A stretch of 32,000 nt of DNA, from positions 2,580,001-2,612,000 of the forward strand of contig NC_014729.1 of NCBI RefSeq assembly GCF_000172995.2, in the 5' to 3' direction. The stretch is from Halogeometricum borinquense DSM 11551. Lineage in GTDB: Archaea; Halobacteriota; Halobacteria; Halobacteriales; Haloferacaceae. The notes under the pieces were generated by a model, which saw only the letters and a program-made list of their open reading frames with translations, searched no databases and was not told the origin of the DNA. Shown one piece after another: positions 1 to 8,070 of this stretch. Position numbers and translations under genes: made by a program. Within the stretch, counting starts at the first letter, position 1. Every line of letters begins with the position of its first letter.

Positions 1-146
1 TCGACCGCCTGCACCGACGCGGATTCTACACGGAACCGACGTGTGCCGTCGCACCCGCTGCACTCGGCGAGTACCGCGAACGCGGGGTTCTCTCGGATGA
101 CGACGACGTGGTCGTTCCGCTCACAGGGAGCGGACTGAAGAACTGA
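1..146 (+). CDS. C-terminal end of a threonine synthase-like PLP enzyme (5' part lies outside the window)
   Basis: Frame 3 is open from the window edge to TGA at 144-146. It translates to ...RGFYTEPTCAVAPAALGEYRERGVLSDDDDVVVPLTGSGLKN*, matching the conserved C-terminal layout of threonine synthases (..EPtsA.., ..VV..LTG.GLK). It is absent from the ORF track because it has no start in the window. Confidence 0.5.
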   Translation, partial: DRLHRRGFYTEPTCAVAPAALGEYRERGVLSDDDDVVVPLTGSGLKN

Positions 147-184
147 AGTGAAGAAGGGAATCGAAGCGGACTGAAGAACTGAAG
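129..184. repeat. 20-bp perfect direct repeat, two copies (129-148 and 165-184)
   Basis: agcggactgaagaactgaag occurs twice, 36 bp apart. The first copy overlaps the last codons and stop of the threonine synthase-like ORF. Confidence 0.9.
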
Positions 185-263
185 CAAAGGACCGAGAATT
201 GCGCTGGTTGGGATTTCGTCAAAATTGAGTTAGCTCGGCCGCCCGGCGTTCTCATCGGGCGTT

Positions 264-512
264 TCAGCGTCCATCGTTCGCTTTCCCGCGATATGTATCC
301 ATACCGATCACGTCGTTGAGTGGGCACTTCTGCGTGAGGCCAGTCGTGAGGAGGACGGCCCCGACGACGAGAGCACCCCCTGCGAGGACGAGTCCGAGCG
401 TCCCGGCCGCGATGGTAAACAGGCCCGCGACTGCCGCGGCACCGACGATTACGAGGAGCGGTCCGACGACGAGTCGAGCGATGCGGTCGTAGCCACCGAC
501 GTTTTTCTCCAT
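264..512 (-). CDS. DUF2892 (YgaP-like) small membrane protein
   Basis: MEKNVGGYDRIARLVVG..., two hydrophobic helices and a C-terminal ..QKCPLN.. are typical of DUF2892. The ATG at 512 is preferred over the GTG at 521 used in the track. Confidence 0.75.
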   Translation of the reverse strand: MEKNVGGYDRIARLVVGPLLVIVGAAAVAGLFTIAAGTLGLVLAGGALVVGAVLLTTGLTQKCPLNDVIGMDTYRGKANDGR

Positions 513-587
513 GGGCTTCACCCGGTCTGAGATACGCCGTGTGAGAGAATAACGTAGAGTGTTGCTTCTCGAAACTGGAGAACCGCG

Positions 588-1349
588 TCAGCGCTCGTAT
601 CGACGCTGCCGGCCGCTGAGTCGCTCGTCCCAATCGATCCACTCCTGTTCCCATCCGCTGGGTGCGAAGTACCCAGAGTCACTGAATTCGGCATCCTCGC
701 GGACTGTCCGGTTTCGGACAGGTCCGCTCCGCTGTTCGCCTTCGACCAACAGCGGGTCGAACGCGACGGGTCCGTGCTTTTCGACGACTTCGCCCGCGGC
801 ATCGACGCTCACGAGCGTCTGCTTCGGCCCGCCCATCGGGAAGACGAGTCGGCCGTCGGGTTCGAGTTGCGAGACGAGTCGGTTCGGCGGTTCGATGGCC
901 GCCGCTTCGACGAGGATACGGTCAAACGGCGCGTACTCCGGGAGTCCATCCGCGCCATCACGACAGTCTACGAGGACGGCGGCCGACTCCACGGATTGGA
1001 GATTTGACCGTGCCGCATAGACCAGTCTACGGTCGATATCGACCGCGTGAACGTGCGTGTCACCGACGATTTCGGCTACCAGTGCGGCGGTATATCCGAC
1101 TCCGGCACCGACGATCAGCACGTCTTCGTCCGGTTCTGCCGAGAGCGCAGTGAGCAGTCGAGCGACGTTCGCTGGAGAGAGAACGGTCGAACCCTCGAAC
1201 TTGCTAGCGCGGTTTTGGTACGGGGCGTCCTCGACGAACTCGTGTCGCGGGACGGTTCGCATGGCGAGGGCAACGGATTCGGCCACGTCCATTCCGTGTT
1301 CGAGGCCATCAACCATGTCCTCACGCAGTACCGCAGGGTCCATAGACAA
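588..1349 (-). CDS. pcm: protein-L-isoaspartate O-methyltransferase
   Basis: PIMT-like sequence (..TVPRHEFV.., SAM motif VLIVGAGVGYTAA, ..APFDRILV..) with a C-terminal extension as seen in haloarchaeal copies. Confidence 0.85.
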   Translation of the reverse strand: MSMDPAVLREDMVDGLEHGMDVAESVALAMRTVPRHEFVEDAPYQNRASKFEGSTVLSPANVARLLTALSAEPDEDVLIVGAGVGYTAALVAEIVGDTHVHAVDIDRRLVYAARSNLQSVESAAVLVDCRDGADGLPEYAPFDRILVEAAAIEPPNRLVSQLEPDGRLVFPMGGPKQTLVSVDAAGEVVEKHGPVAFDPLLVEGEQRSGPVRNRTVREDAEFSDSGYFAPSGWEQEWIDWDERLSGRQRRYER

Positions 1350-1364
1350 TCTCGGGTGTCCGCA

Positions 1365-2307
1365 CTAATCAACCGCACGCTCCGGCCGGCGCGCGATGAC
1401 AGCGGTCCGCTCGTCGCCGGGTACCGGCCGTACGGACACAGCACTGAATCCAGCCTCGTCCAGCCACGTCCGATACATCTCCGCTGAATAGGCGTCGCCG
1501 TGTCCGACGCCCAGCGCCCGGATTCGCGCCCGAACCGCCGCAGGAGACCCGTCGCGGAGCGTATCAACAAGCACGAGCGTTCCACCCGGTTCGAGAGCGT
1601 CGAACGCGTGTCCGAGTAGCGTCCGATTCGCCGCAGGGTCGTATCGACTCGTCACGTCGGCGGCGAACACGAGTCCGTACTGGTCGTCGGTCTCGAAAGC
1701 GGGCACGTTGGCTGCGACGGTGCGAACGTCGCGGTGCCCGAGCATCGGTGCGACAGCATCGATAACAGCGGGTGCGTCGAGAAGCATCGCTTCGTACCCG
1801 CGCGCGGCAAACTCTGTCGTACGCGCCGGACGCACCGCAGATGTCGAGAACGCAGTCAGCATTCGGTGCCTCACGGACAGCGGCGGTCACGCGCGCTCGA
1901 ACGGTCGCGTCGTCCATCGCGGCGTGCGCGCCGAGTCGGTTCCGCGTCCACTCGTCGGGGAGTTCAGGAGCGTCGCCTGTCTGCATCGTTTCCGGCAGAT
2001 CAGTCCACAGATCGAACATGTCGAGCGTGTGCGGGAGACGGCCGATAGAGCGGACATCCCGCTTTGCGAGAAAGCCGAGGGCGCGGTTCGTTATCTCGTA
2101 CTCCGCGCCCACTTGCTTGACGAATCCGAGATCCGAGAGAGCGTCTACGACGACGCGAGCGGCGTGTTCGGTCACATCCGCCTCACGTGCAACTGCCTCG
2201 GGCGACCCCGCTGTATCGAGGAGCGCGCCCAAGATACCGCTCCGACGCGCGGCCCACAGCAGGAAATACTCTTCCACCGCCAGTGACGAGTGGTCTCGGG
2301 TCGGCAT
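1365..2307 (-). pseudogene. wHTH plus class-I SAM-dependent (O-)methyltransferase interrupted by a 1-nt frameshift near 1815-1830
   Basis: ORF 1564..2307 reads plausibly up to ..NADCVLDICGASGAY (the SAM-binding GxGxG region) and then turns into Arg-rich junk. ORF 1365..1874 is junk until ..TTEFAARGYEAMLLDAP.. and then reads as the rest of a methyltransferase fold (..LEPGGTLVLVD..). The two frames differ by +1 in the reverse complement of 1810-1830 (GCG TAC G|ACA GAG TTT). Confidence 0.7.
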
Positions 2308-2421
2308 ACGTCTCCTGACGGTGCGACCGGTGAAAAGTTGGCTTCATCCGGCCTGAGAGATGAAACAGCTCAGAAAGCAGTTCACGTCTTGGTGACGATT
2401 TCCGTCCGGAACAATTTCAAC

Positions 2422-2429
2422 TTTTTATA
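2422..2429 (+). promoter_or_regulatory. TATA-like box for the 2455 gene (leaderless arrangement)
   Basis: tttttata is centred about 29 nt upstream of the ATG at 2455, the typical haloarchaeal spacing for leaderless transcripts. Confidence 0.45.
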
Positions 2430-2454
2430 CGATTCTCGTGAGGTTGTTGTCACG

Positions 2455-2934
2455 ATGGATGCCAGAGATGTATTTGCCGACGACTCGGTAGCAGATGGAC
2501 ACACTGCCACGACCTCGTACGATAGCGATTCGGCAAGGGGTGATGCACGTATCTCACGTGACGATGCGTTTCGCCTGCTCCAAGACGAACGGCGTCGAGC
2601 AGTCCTCCGTTTCCTCCGCGCGGAGGAGAACAGCGATCCGACGCCGCTTTCGACGCTCACCTCCTTTGTCGCGGGAGTTGCACACCGAGACGGATCAGAT
2701 GGCGATGACAGCGGCGATACCGGTGGCACCCCCGATGCCAAAGCGCAAGACCGCGCGCGTGTTTCACTCCACCACTCACACCTACCGATGCTCGAAGAGT
2801 ATGGCGTTGTCAAATACGACTCAGAGGACGAGACGGTCGAACCGAAACCGCTGCTTGCGGCACTGACCCCGTTTCTCGCGGACGAACCTGCTCCCGAGGA
2901 GATGTTAGTCGTCGAGGCCGAAGCGGCCGAATAG
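2455..2934 (+). CDS. haloarchaeal winged-helix (ArsR-like) protein; from memory, the DUF7344 family
   Basis: ..FRLLQDERRRAVLRFL.. and ..VSLHHSHLPMLEEYGVVKYD.. form the signature of this family. An internal ATG was chosen because the upstream part of ORF 2290.. is non-acidic, and a TATA-like box precedes 2455. Confidence 0.6.
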   Translation: MDARDVFADDSVADGHTATTSYDSDSARGDARISRDDAFRLLQDERRRAVLRFLRAEENSDPTPLSTLTSFVAGVAHRDGSDGDDSGDTGGTPDAKAQDRARVSLHHSHLPMLEEYGVVKYDSEDETVEPKPLLAALTPFLADEPAPEEMLVVEAEAAE

Positions 2935-2942
2935 CGCGCCTC

Positions 2943-3599
2943 TTACCACGCAGACCACGCGGAGGTGGTCTTGTCCGTGCCGTAGAGACGGTTAATGTCC
3001 TTCGCGTACACCATATCGCCGTCGTGATCGAGTTTGCCGTGGCGGTACTCGGGAGCGTCGTCGCGGACGTGAAGCGCCTTGACGGCGAACTTTTCGTCGC
3101 CGAACTCCTCGGTCTCACCGACGACGAACTCGTAATCGCCGGGAACGTTCACTTTGAAACTCCGTGTGTCCTCGCGGTAGCCGGTCCCCTCTTTCGGGTT
3201 CACGGTGACGTTCACGGAGACGTTGTCCACAGCGCGCGTCCAGATGGTCTCGACATCCTCGACGACGGCCTCCTCAGCGCGTTGCTCGGGACCGGTTTCG
3301 AGACCCGTAATACGAACGAGCATGATGGCCTCGTCCGTGTCCACGATGAACTCCTCGCCGACGGCGATGGTCTCCTCCGGTGGCGCATCGACCATCGTCT
3401 TGAACGAGTCGCCATCCTGCGAAACGATGACCTGCTTTTCGACTTCCTGCTCCGTTTCGATGCGAACTTTGTGGACGTGACTGCACTCCGTACAGCGAAC
3501 CGTCGCCTGCCCACCCGTCTTCAGCACTTCGTGTACTGTCTCCTCCGCGGGCGAACAGGAGGGACAAGCGACCGCGATGCGGTCCTGCGTGTTGCTCAT
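2943..3599 (-). CDS. zinc-finger protein; from memory, the HVO_0476 family
   Basis: N-terminal Zn ribbon with two CxxC pairs (CPSCS ... CTECS), followed by an acidic domain ending ..TSAWSAW. Confidence 0.7.
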   Translation of the reverse strand: MSNTQDRIAVACPSCSPAEETVHEVLKTGGQATVRCTECSHVHKVRIETEQEVEKQVIVSQDGDSFKTMVDAPPEETIAVGEEFIVDTDEAIMLVRITGLETGPEQRAEEAVVEDVETIWTRAVDNVSVNVTVNPKEGTGYREDTRSFKVNVPGDYEFVVGETEEFGDEKFAVKALHVRDDAPEYRHGKLDHDGDMVYAKDINRLYGTDKTTSAWSAW

Positions 3600-3986
3600 G
3601 CGGGGTTCTATCCCGTCACGCCGTAAAAATCCGCCCTTCCGCGCGTCCCGTGGGACTGGGTGTCTGACACGCTCAGACGCAGGATTGATGTTCTGTGACT
3701 GTCAGATTCGGGGAGGGTCTCTCACGGCACGAAAGTAATGACTGTCTTTCTCGCCGCTGTGTTGGTCGTTCTTGCGGCCAGTGTCTGGCTTCTCACTCGG
3801 ATTTCTACTGAACATTCGTGAGTGCTGGTAGCTTCCCGCATTGCCGTCGGTCTCATCACACCGACAGTAGTGAACAAAGTATTGGCGGCACGGAATTAGC
3901 AACTGAGCGGCGGGCGTCTTCGGGCAGTGTTTCGTCGGGAAACGACTACTCGGACAGTTTCACTCGGTTGCCGACTCTCGACGCCA

Positions 3987-4943
3987 TCACTCGACGCTCG
4001 GGAGGTCTACGACCGCGCCGTCCGCGTACACGGTCGGCTCGCGGATGATGCCGTCCAGATGCAGGGGCGCGTCGGTGTCGCCGCCGATACCCGCGTCGTC
4101 ACCGATGGCGATGTGAACCGTTCCGGCCGCCTTCTCGTCTAAGAGAACGGACCCGACTAACTCATCGACGCCGACGTTAGTTCCGATCCCCAACTCTGCG
4201 AGATTGTAAGCGTCGCGGCCGACTTCCTCCGCGCCCGCCTCGATCTGTTTGCGTACGTCGTCGTCAGAAATTTCCGTCACGTAACCGTCTTCGACCTCGA
4301 AGCGGAGTTCCTGTCCCTCCTCTAAGAGTGCGTGCGGCATCATCGTCCCGTCCACGACGTACGTCCCGTTGGCGTTCTCCGGCGAGACGAACACCTCGCC
4401 CGCGGGAAGGTTCGAGAACCCGCCCGCCTCGTGGACGATGCCGGTGTCAGCTAGCCAGTCGCGGGAACCGGGTTCGAAGGTGATGTCGGTACCCGACGGC
4501 GTCGTGACGCGGATTTCCTCAGCCTCGGTTACCTGCTTGAGAACGTCGAGACAGTGTTGGGAGATAGTGTCGTAGTCAGCGTCTAACCCGGTAAGGAACA
4601 CGTCTTCGGTGATTCCGGGAAGCGTCGCACCGCGCGCGCCTGCGTCGCAGGCGTCGCCCCGCGCGCGAGTGTGACTCAGGCTCTTCGTCGTCGGCGCGAG
4701 AAACACGTCCGCCTCGGCCATCGCCACGGCGACGGCGGCTGGCGGTTCCGCACCGTGTTGGTCGCCCGGTGGGTACCGAAGCAGCGTCGTGTCGTCCGTA
4801 ACCTCCGAAGCGACATCGTACAGGGCTTCTCCGATAGCGAGGCGTTTGTCGTCGGTGACGACGACACAGGACTCGTCAGGGGCGAGGTTCATGCACTGCA
4901 CAACTGCCGTCTCTGCGGCGGCGCGTAACTCGGCATCAGTCAT
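3987..4943 (-). CDS. aminopeptidase (M29/AmpS-like family)
   Basis: Full-length resemblance to M29-type aminopeptidases (..VVVTDD.., ..FLAPTTKSLSHT.., ..NLPAGEVF.SP.., ..LLDEKAAGTVHIAIG..). The start is taken at MTDAELR; the track start at 4982 is also possible. Confidence 0.75.
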   Translation of the reverse strand: MTDAELRAAAETAVVQCMNLAPDESCVVVTDDKRLAIGEALYDVASEVTDDTTLLRYPPGDQHGAEPPAAVAVAMAEADVFLAPTTKSLSHTRARGDACDAGARGATLPGITEDVFLTGLDADYDTISQHCLDVLKQVTEAEEIRVTTPSGTDITFEPGSRDWLADTGIVHEAGGFSNLPAGEVFVSPENANGTYVVDGTMMPHALLEEGQELRFEVEDGYVTEISDDDVRKQIEAGAEEVGRDAYNLAELGIGTNVGVDELVGSVLLDEKAAGTVHIAIGDDAGIGGDTDAPLHLDGIIREPTVYADGAVVDLPSVE

Positions 4944-5057
4944 GTCACCGTGTGGGACGCCCGTGCGGTTAGGCGTTCCCATCCCACACTAGTCGGGCGA
5001 TTTCAGGGGTGTGACGACCCGGCGATTAGTAACTCACCTGCGCGAGAATCCTCCCCA

Positions 5058-5072
5058 TTACTCGGGGGAGAG
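5058..5072 (+). promoter_or_regulatory. candidate TrmB-type operator (TACT-N7-GAGT) upstream of the type II GAPDH gene
   Basis: The sequence tactcgggggagagt lies about 60 nt upstream of the ATG at 5133 and upstream of an A/T-rich TATA candidate (aaataactatt, about 5095-5105). It resembles the TACT-N7-8-GAGTA motif reported for haloarchaeal TrmB. Confidence 0.35.
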
Positions 5073-5132
5073 TTAATTCCTGGCAAAAAATCTCCGAAAT
5101 AACTATTGCTGTCCGCATTCGAGACTCCACCG

Positions 5133-6218
5133 ATGATACGAGTGGGTGTCAACGGCTACGGCACAATTGGAAAACGTGTCGCTGACGCCGTGGACGCACA
5201 ACCTGACATGGAAGTCATCGGTGTGGCGAAAACCCAGCCGAACTTCGAGGCCCACACCGCCGTCAAACGCGGGTACCCGATGTACGCCGCAATCCCCGAA
5301 CGGATGCCCCTGTTCTCGGAAGCGGGCATCGATGTCGAGGGTGCCGTCGACGAGATGGTGGCTGACGCCGACATCGTCGTGGACTGTACGCCGTCGGGCA
5401 TCGGCGCGGAGAACAAAGCACTCTACGAATCGCACGACACGCCCGCCATCTTCCAAGGCGGCGAAGACGCCGACGTGGGCGAGGTGAGCTTCAACGCCCG
5501 CGCGAACTACGACGACGCACGGGGCGTAGACTACGTCCGAACCGTCTCCTGTAACACGACCGGTCTCTCGCGCATTATCGCACCCCTGCGCGAGGAATAC
5601 GGCGTCGAGAAGGTGCGCGCGACGCTGGTCCGCCGCGGTGGCGACCCCGGACAGAACTCCCGTGGCCCGATCAACGACATTCTCCCGAACCCGATTTCGA
5701 TTCCGAGTCACCACGGGCCGGACGTGAACACGATTTTCCCCGACCTCGCTATCGATACGCTCGGACTGAAAGTGCCTGCAACGCTGATGCACGTCCACAG
5801 CCTCAACGTCACGCTCGAAGACGACGTGACGGCAGCGCACGTCCGGCAACTCCTCGAATCGGAATCGCGCGTCTACGTCATTCCCGAAGGACTCGGCATC
5901 GACGGCGCAGGGAAACTCAAAGACTTCGCGCTCGACGCGGGCCGCCCGCGCGGTGACCTCTGGGAGAACTGCGTCTGGGGCGAGTCGATCGCCGTCGAAG
6001 GCCGCGACCTGTACCTGTTCCAGGCGATTCACCAGGAATCCGACGTGATCCCCGAGAACGTTGACGCCATTCGCGCGATGACGGAGTCGGTCGATCAGGC
6101 CGAAAGCATGGTGACGACGGATGATTACCTCGGCGTCGGTATCACGGGTGATCCGTCGGGTTTTAGCAACGAGGACGAGGCCGAAGCAGTCACCGAGACG
6201 GAAATCGCCGACGACTAA
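5133..6218 (+). CDS. gap: glyceraldehyde-3-phosphate dehydrogenase, archaeal type II (phosphorylating, NAD(P))
   Basis: [20 protein letters not shown].., active-site ..VSCNTTGL.. and ..IPSHHGPDV.. are typical of type II GAPDH. It carries about 30 aa of extra acidic C-terminal tail. Confidence 0.92.
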   Translation: MIRVGVNGYGTIGKRVADAVDAQPDMEVIGVAKTQPNFEAHTAVKRGYPMYAAIPERMPLFSEAGIDVEGAVDEMVADADIVVDCTPSGIGAENKALYESHDTPAIFQGGEDADVGEVSFNARANYDDARGVDYVRTVSCNTTGLSRIIAPLREEYGVEKVRATLVRRGGDPGQNSRGPINDILPNPISIPSHHGPDVNTIFPDLAIDTLGLKVPATLMHVHSLNVTLEDDVTAAHVRQLLESESRVYVIPEGLGIDGAGKLKDFALDAGRPRGDLWENCVWGESIAVEGRDLYLFQAIHQESDVIPENVDAIRAMTESVDQAESMVTTDDYLGVGITGDPSGFSNEDEAEAVTETEIADD

Positions 6219-6254
6219 GCTATCGTCAGGGCGTGGCGGCGGTCCAAGACCCGC

Positions 6255-6743
6255 TCAAACCTCGTAAAACGCCACGTCGCCCTCGTCCACGTCGAGGAGT
6301 GCGACGTGATACGTGTCGTCCGCGCCCGGTATCGGAAGCCCGCCGGGATTCACGTGGACGGTTTCACCGCTCTTTTCGTACGTTCGTTGGTGGGTGTGCC
6401 CGCGGAAGACGTAGTCGTAGTCACCCGATTCGACCAGTCCATCCACCAGCGTCTCGCTCGTTCCGTGGTACGCGGCGACGGCGGTTCCGTCGAAGTCGAA
6501 CGTGGCGCACTCGCCGTGGTACGTCCCGAACGAATCGACGACGTTCGAGAGGTTCCACTCGCCGTCGTTGTTACCGCGGACGGCGTGAAAGTCGAAGTCC
6601 GCGTCGAAGACGTTCGCGGTGAACGGCGAGACGATGTCGCCGCAGTGAATCACCGTCTCGACGCCCGCCGATTCGAACGTCTCCACCACCCCGCGCGCGA
6701 GTTCGAGATTATCGTGCGTATCTGAACAGATGCCGACTCTCAT
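6255..6743 (-). CDS. metallophosphoesterase (YfcE/MJ0936 family)
   Basis: Calcineurin-like motifs DTHDN, GDIV, GNNDGE and GHTH. The start is taken at MRVGICSD (ATG 6743). Confidence 0.85.
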   Translation of the reverse strand: MRVGICSDTHDNLELARGVVETFESAGVETVIHCGDIVSPFTANVFDADFDFHAVRGNNDGEWNLSNVVDSFGTYHGECATFDFDGTAVAAYHGTSETLVDGLVESGDYDYVFRGHTHQRTYEKSGETVHVNPGGLPIPGADDTYHVALLDVDEGDVAFYEV

Positions 6744-6801
6744 GACTCCCGATTCGAGAGAGCAGCGCAAGAAAGTTAGTGCGGTCGAATCGCCGACTGC
6801 C

Positions 6802-8013
6802 TTAGTTATCCTGTAGGACTTCGACACCGACCAGCGATGCACCGGTCAGCGCACGGATGTACGCGCCGCCTGCGATTGAGACGTGGCCGAAGTCGTCCTC
6901 GCTCATCCCGTACATCTCGATAGCGCGGGAGGTGTCGCCGCCACCGACGACGGAGAAGCAGTCCGTCTCCGCGATGGCGCGCAGGACGCCAACCGTCCCC
7001 TCAGAGAAGCGTTCGTCCTCGAACAGGCCGAGGGCTCCCTTCACGAAGACGGCCTCGGAGTCGCGGATAACCGGATCGTACGCTTCGACGGTGTCCGTAC
7101 CGATGTCGAGGTACGCACGGTCTTTTTCGTCGATGTCTTCGACGGCTATCTCGGCGCGTTCGTCGGCTTCGTCTTCGTAGGCGAGGTCAACCGCGAGGGT
7201 AATCTGGTCGCCGCGTTCCTCGATGAGCGATTCGATGGTCTCGTGGTTCGCTTCCCACTGGTCGTCGAACAGGTCCATCCCACCAACGTCGTAGCCGACG
7301 TCGTGACCGGCGGCCCGGAGGAACAGTTCGCCCGCGATGCCGCCCAAGAGGAAGCGGTCCACCTTCTCGCCGAGGTTGTTCATCACGTCGATCACGTCTG
7401 TCGCCTTCGTCCCGCCGACGACCATCGTCACCTGTCCGTCGAACTCTCGGGTGGCGATCGCGGAGTTGGCCTCGTACTCCGTCTGCATCACGCGTCCTGC
7501 GTAGGCAGGCAGTTCGAGGGGGAACCCGACGAGCGACGCGTGCGACCGGTGGGCGGCCGAGTACGCGTCATTCACGTAGGCGTCAAAGTACGGCGCAAGC
7601 GTCTGGACGAACGCCGTGTCTGCCTTCACTTCGGGGTCTTCTTCGGGAAGTTCGTCGTCGCACATCCGCGTATTCTCCAAGAGGAGAATGTTACCGGCGG
7701 ACAGCGACTCGATGGCGTCGATGGCGTCGTCACCGAACGTGTCGGCGACGAATCCCACGTCGTGTCCGACGTGGTCCGCGAGGATTGAAGCGTGCTGTTC
7801 GAGCGAGACGAAGTCGTCGCCGCCCGGACGGCCTTGGTGGGCCATCAGCACGACGCGGTGACCTGCTTCGGCCAGTTCGCTGACTGTCTCTGCGTGTCGT
7901 TCGAAACGTCGGTTATCCTGTACCTCGCCGTCTTCGACGGGAGAGTTCAGGTCGAGGCGAACGAGAACGCGCTGGTCGGCTTCGAGGTCGTCGAGAGTCT
8001 TGAATGTGGACAT
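6802..8013 (-). CDS. pgk: phosphoglycerate kinase
   Basis: Full-length PGK-like sequence (..RVLVRLDLNSP.., ..VLMAHQGRP.., ..GGTKATDVI.., ..VVGGGDT..). Confidence 0.92.
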   Translation of the reverse strand: MSTFKTLDDLEADQRVLVRLDLNSPVEDGEVQDNRRFERHAETVSELAEAGHRVVLMAHQGRPGGDDFVSLEQHASILADHVGHDVGFVADTFGDDAIDAIESLSAGNILLLENTRMCDDELPEEDPEVKADTAFVQTLAPYFDAYVNDAYSAAHRSHASLVGFPLELPAYAGRVMQTEYEANSAIATREFDGQVTMVVGGTKATDVIDVMNNLGEKVDRFLLGGIAGELFLRAAGHDVGYDVGGMDLFDDQWEANHETIESLIEERGDQITLAVDLAYEDEADERAEIAVEDIDEKDRAYLDIGTDTVEAYDPVIRDSEAVFVKGALGLFEDERFSEGTVGVLRAIAETDCFSVVGGGDTSRAIEMYGMSEDDFGHVSIAGGAYIRALTGASLVGVEVLQDN

Positions 8014-8070
8014 GTGTGTGGTCGAGTTGAAAGACGAAGAGATTCCACTTAGTGGTGTGCGGTCGGGCGT

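Noticed and set aside
121-654. 177-aa ORF on the minus strand spanning the DUF2892 gene region, plus the other Arg/Pro/Ser-rich ORFs at 518..802, 559..1020 and 1115..1585.
   Set aside because: Their extremely basic, low-complexity translations are incompatible with haloarchaeal proteomes. They overlap better-supported genes in other frames.
3681-3760. Possible C/D-box sRNA (ttgatgt ... ctgtcaga) in the 3600-3986 gap.
   Set aside because: The C-box candidate is imperfect (UGAUGU). No convincing D box (CUGA) or terminal stem lies at the right spacing, and a 27-aa ORF explains part of the region equally well.
3702-4048. ORFs 3702..3902(-) and 3818..4048(+) as protein-coding genes.
   Set aside because: They are non-acidic and rich in C, H and R, with no motifs. 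The second runs antisense into the aminopeptidase 3' end.
5103-6032. Long antisense ORFs opposite well-supported genes: 5103..6032(-), 6883..7788(+), 8413..9111(+), 10590..11720(+), 11431..12036(-), 22966..24480(-), 26113..27093(-), 28199..29224(-), 30064..30981(-) and 31306..31947(-).
   Set aside because: Each lies fully opposite a gene with clear family motifs. Their translations are R/V/D/H/G-rich with no motifs, which is typical of stop-poor shadow frames in GC-rich DNA.
8045-8055. Palindrome ccacttagtgg upstream of pgk, considered as a regulator site.
   Set aside because: It is only a 5+1+5 palindrome, easily expected by chance, and matches no motif I know. It is mentioned only as context.
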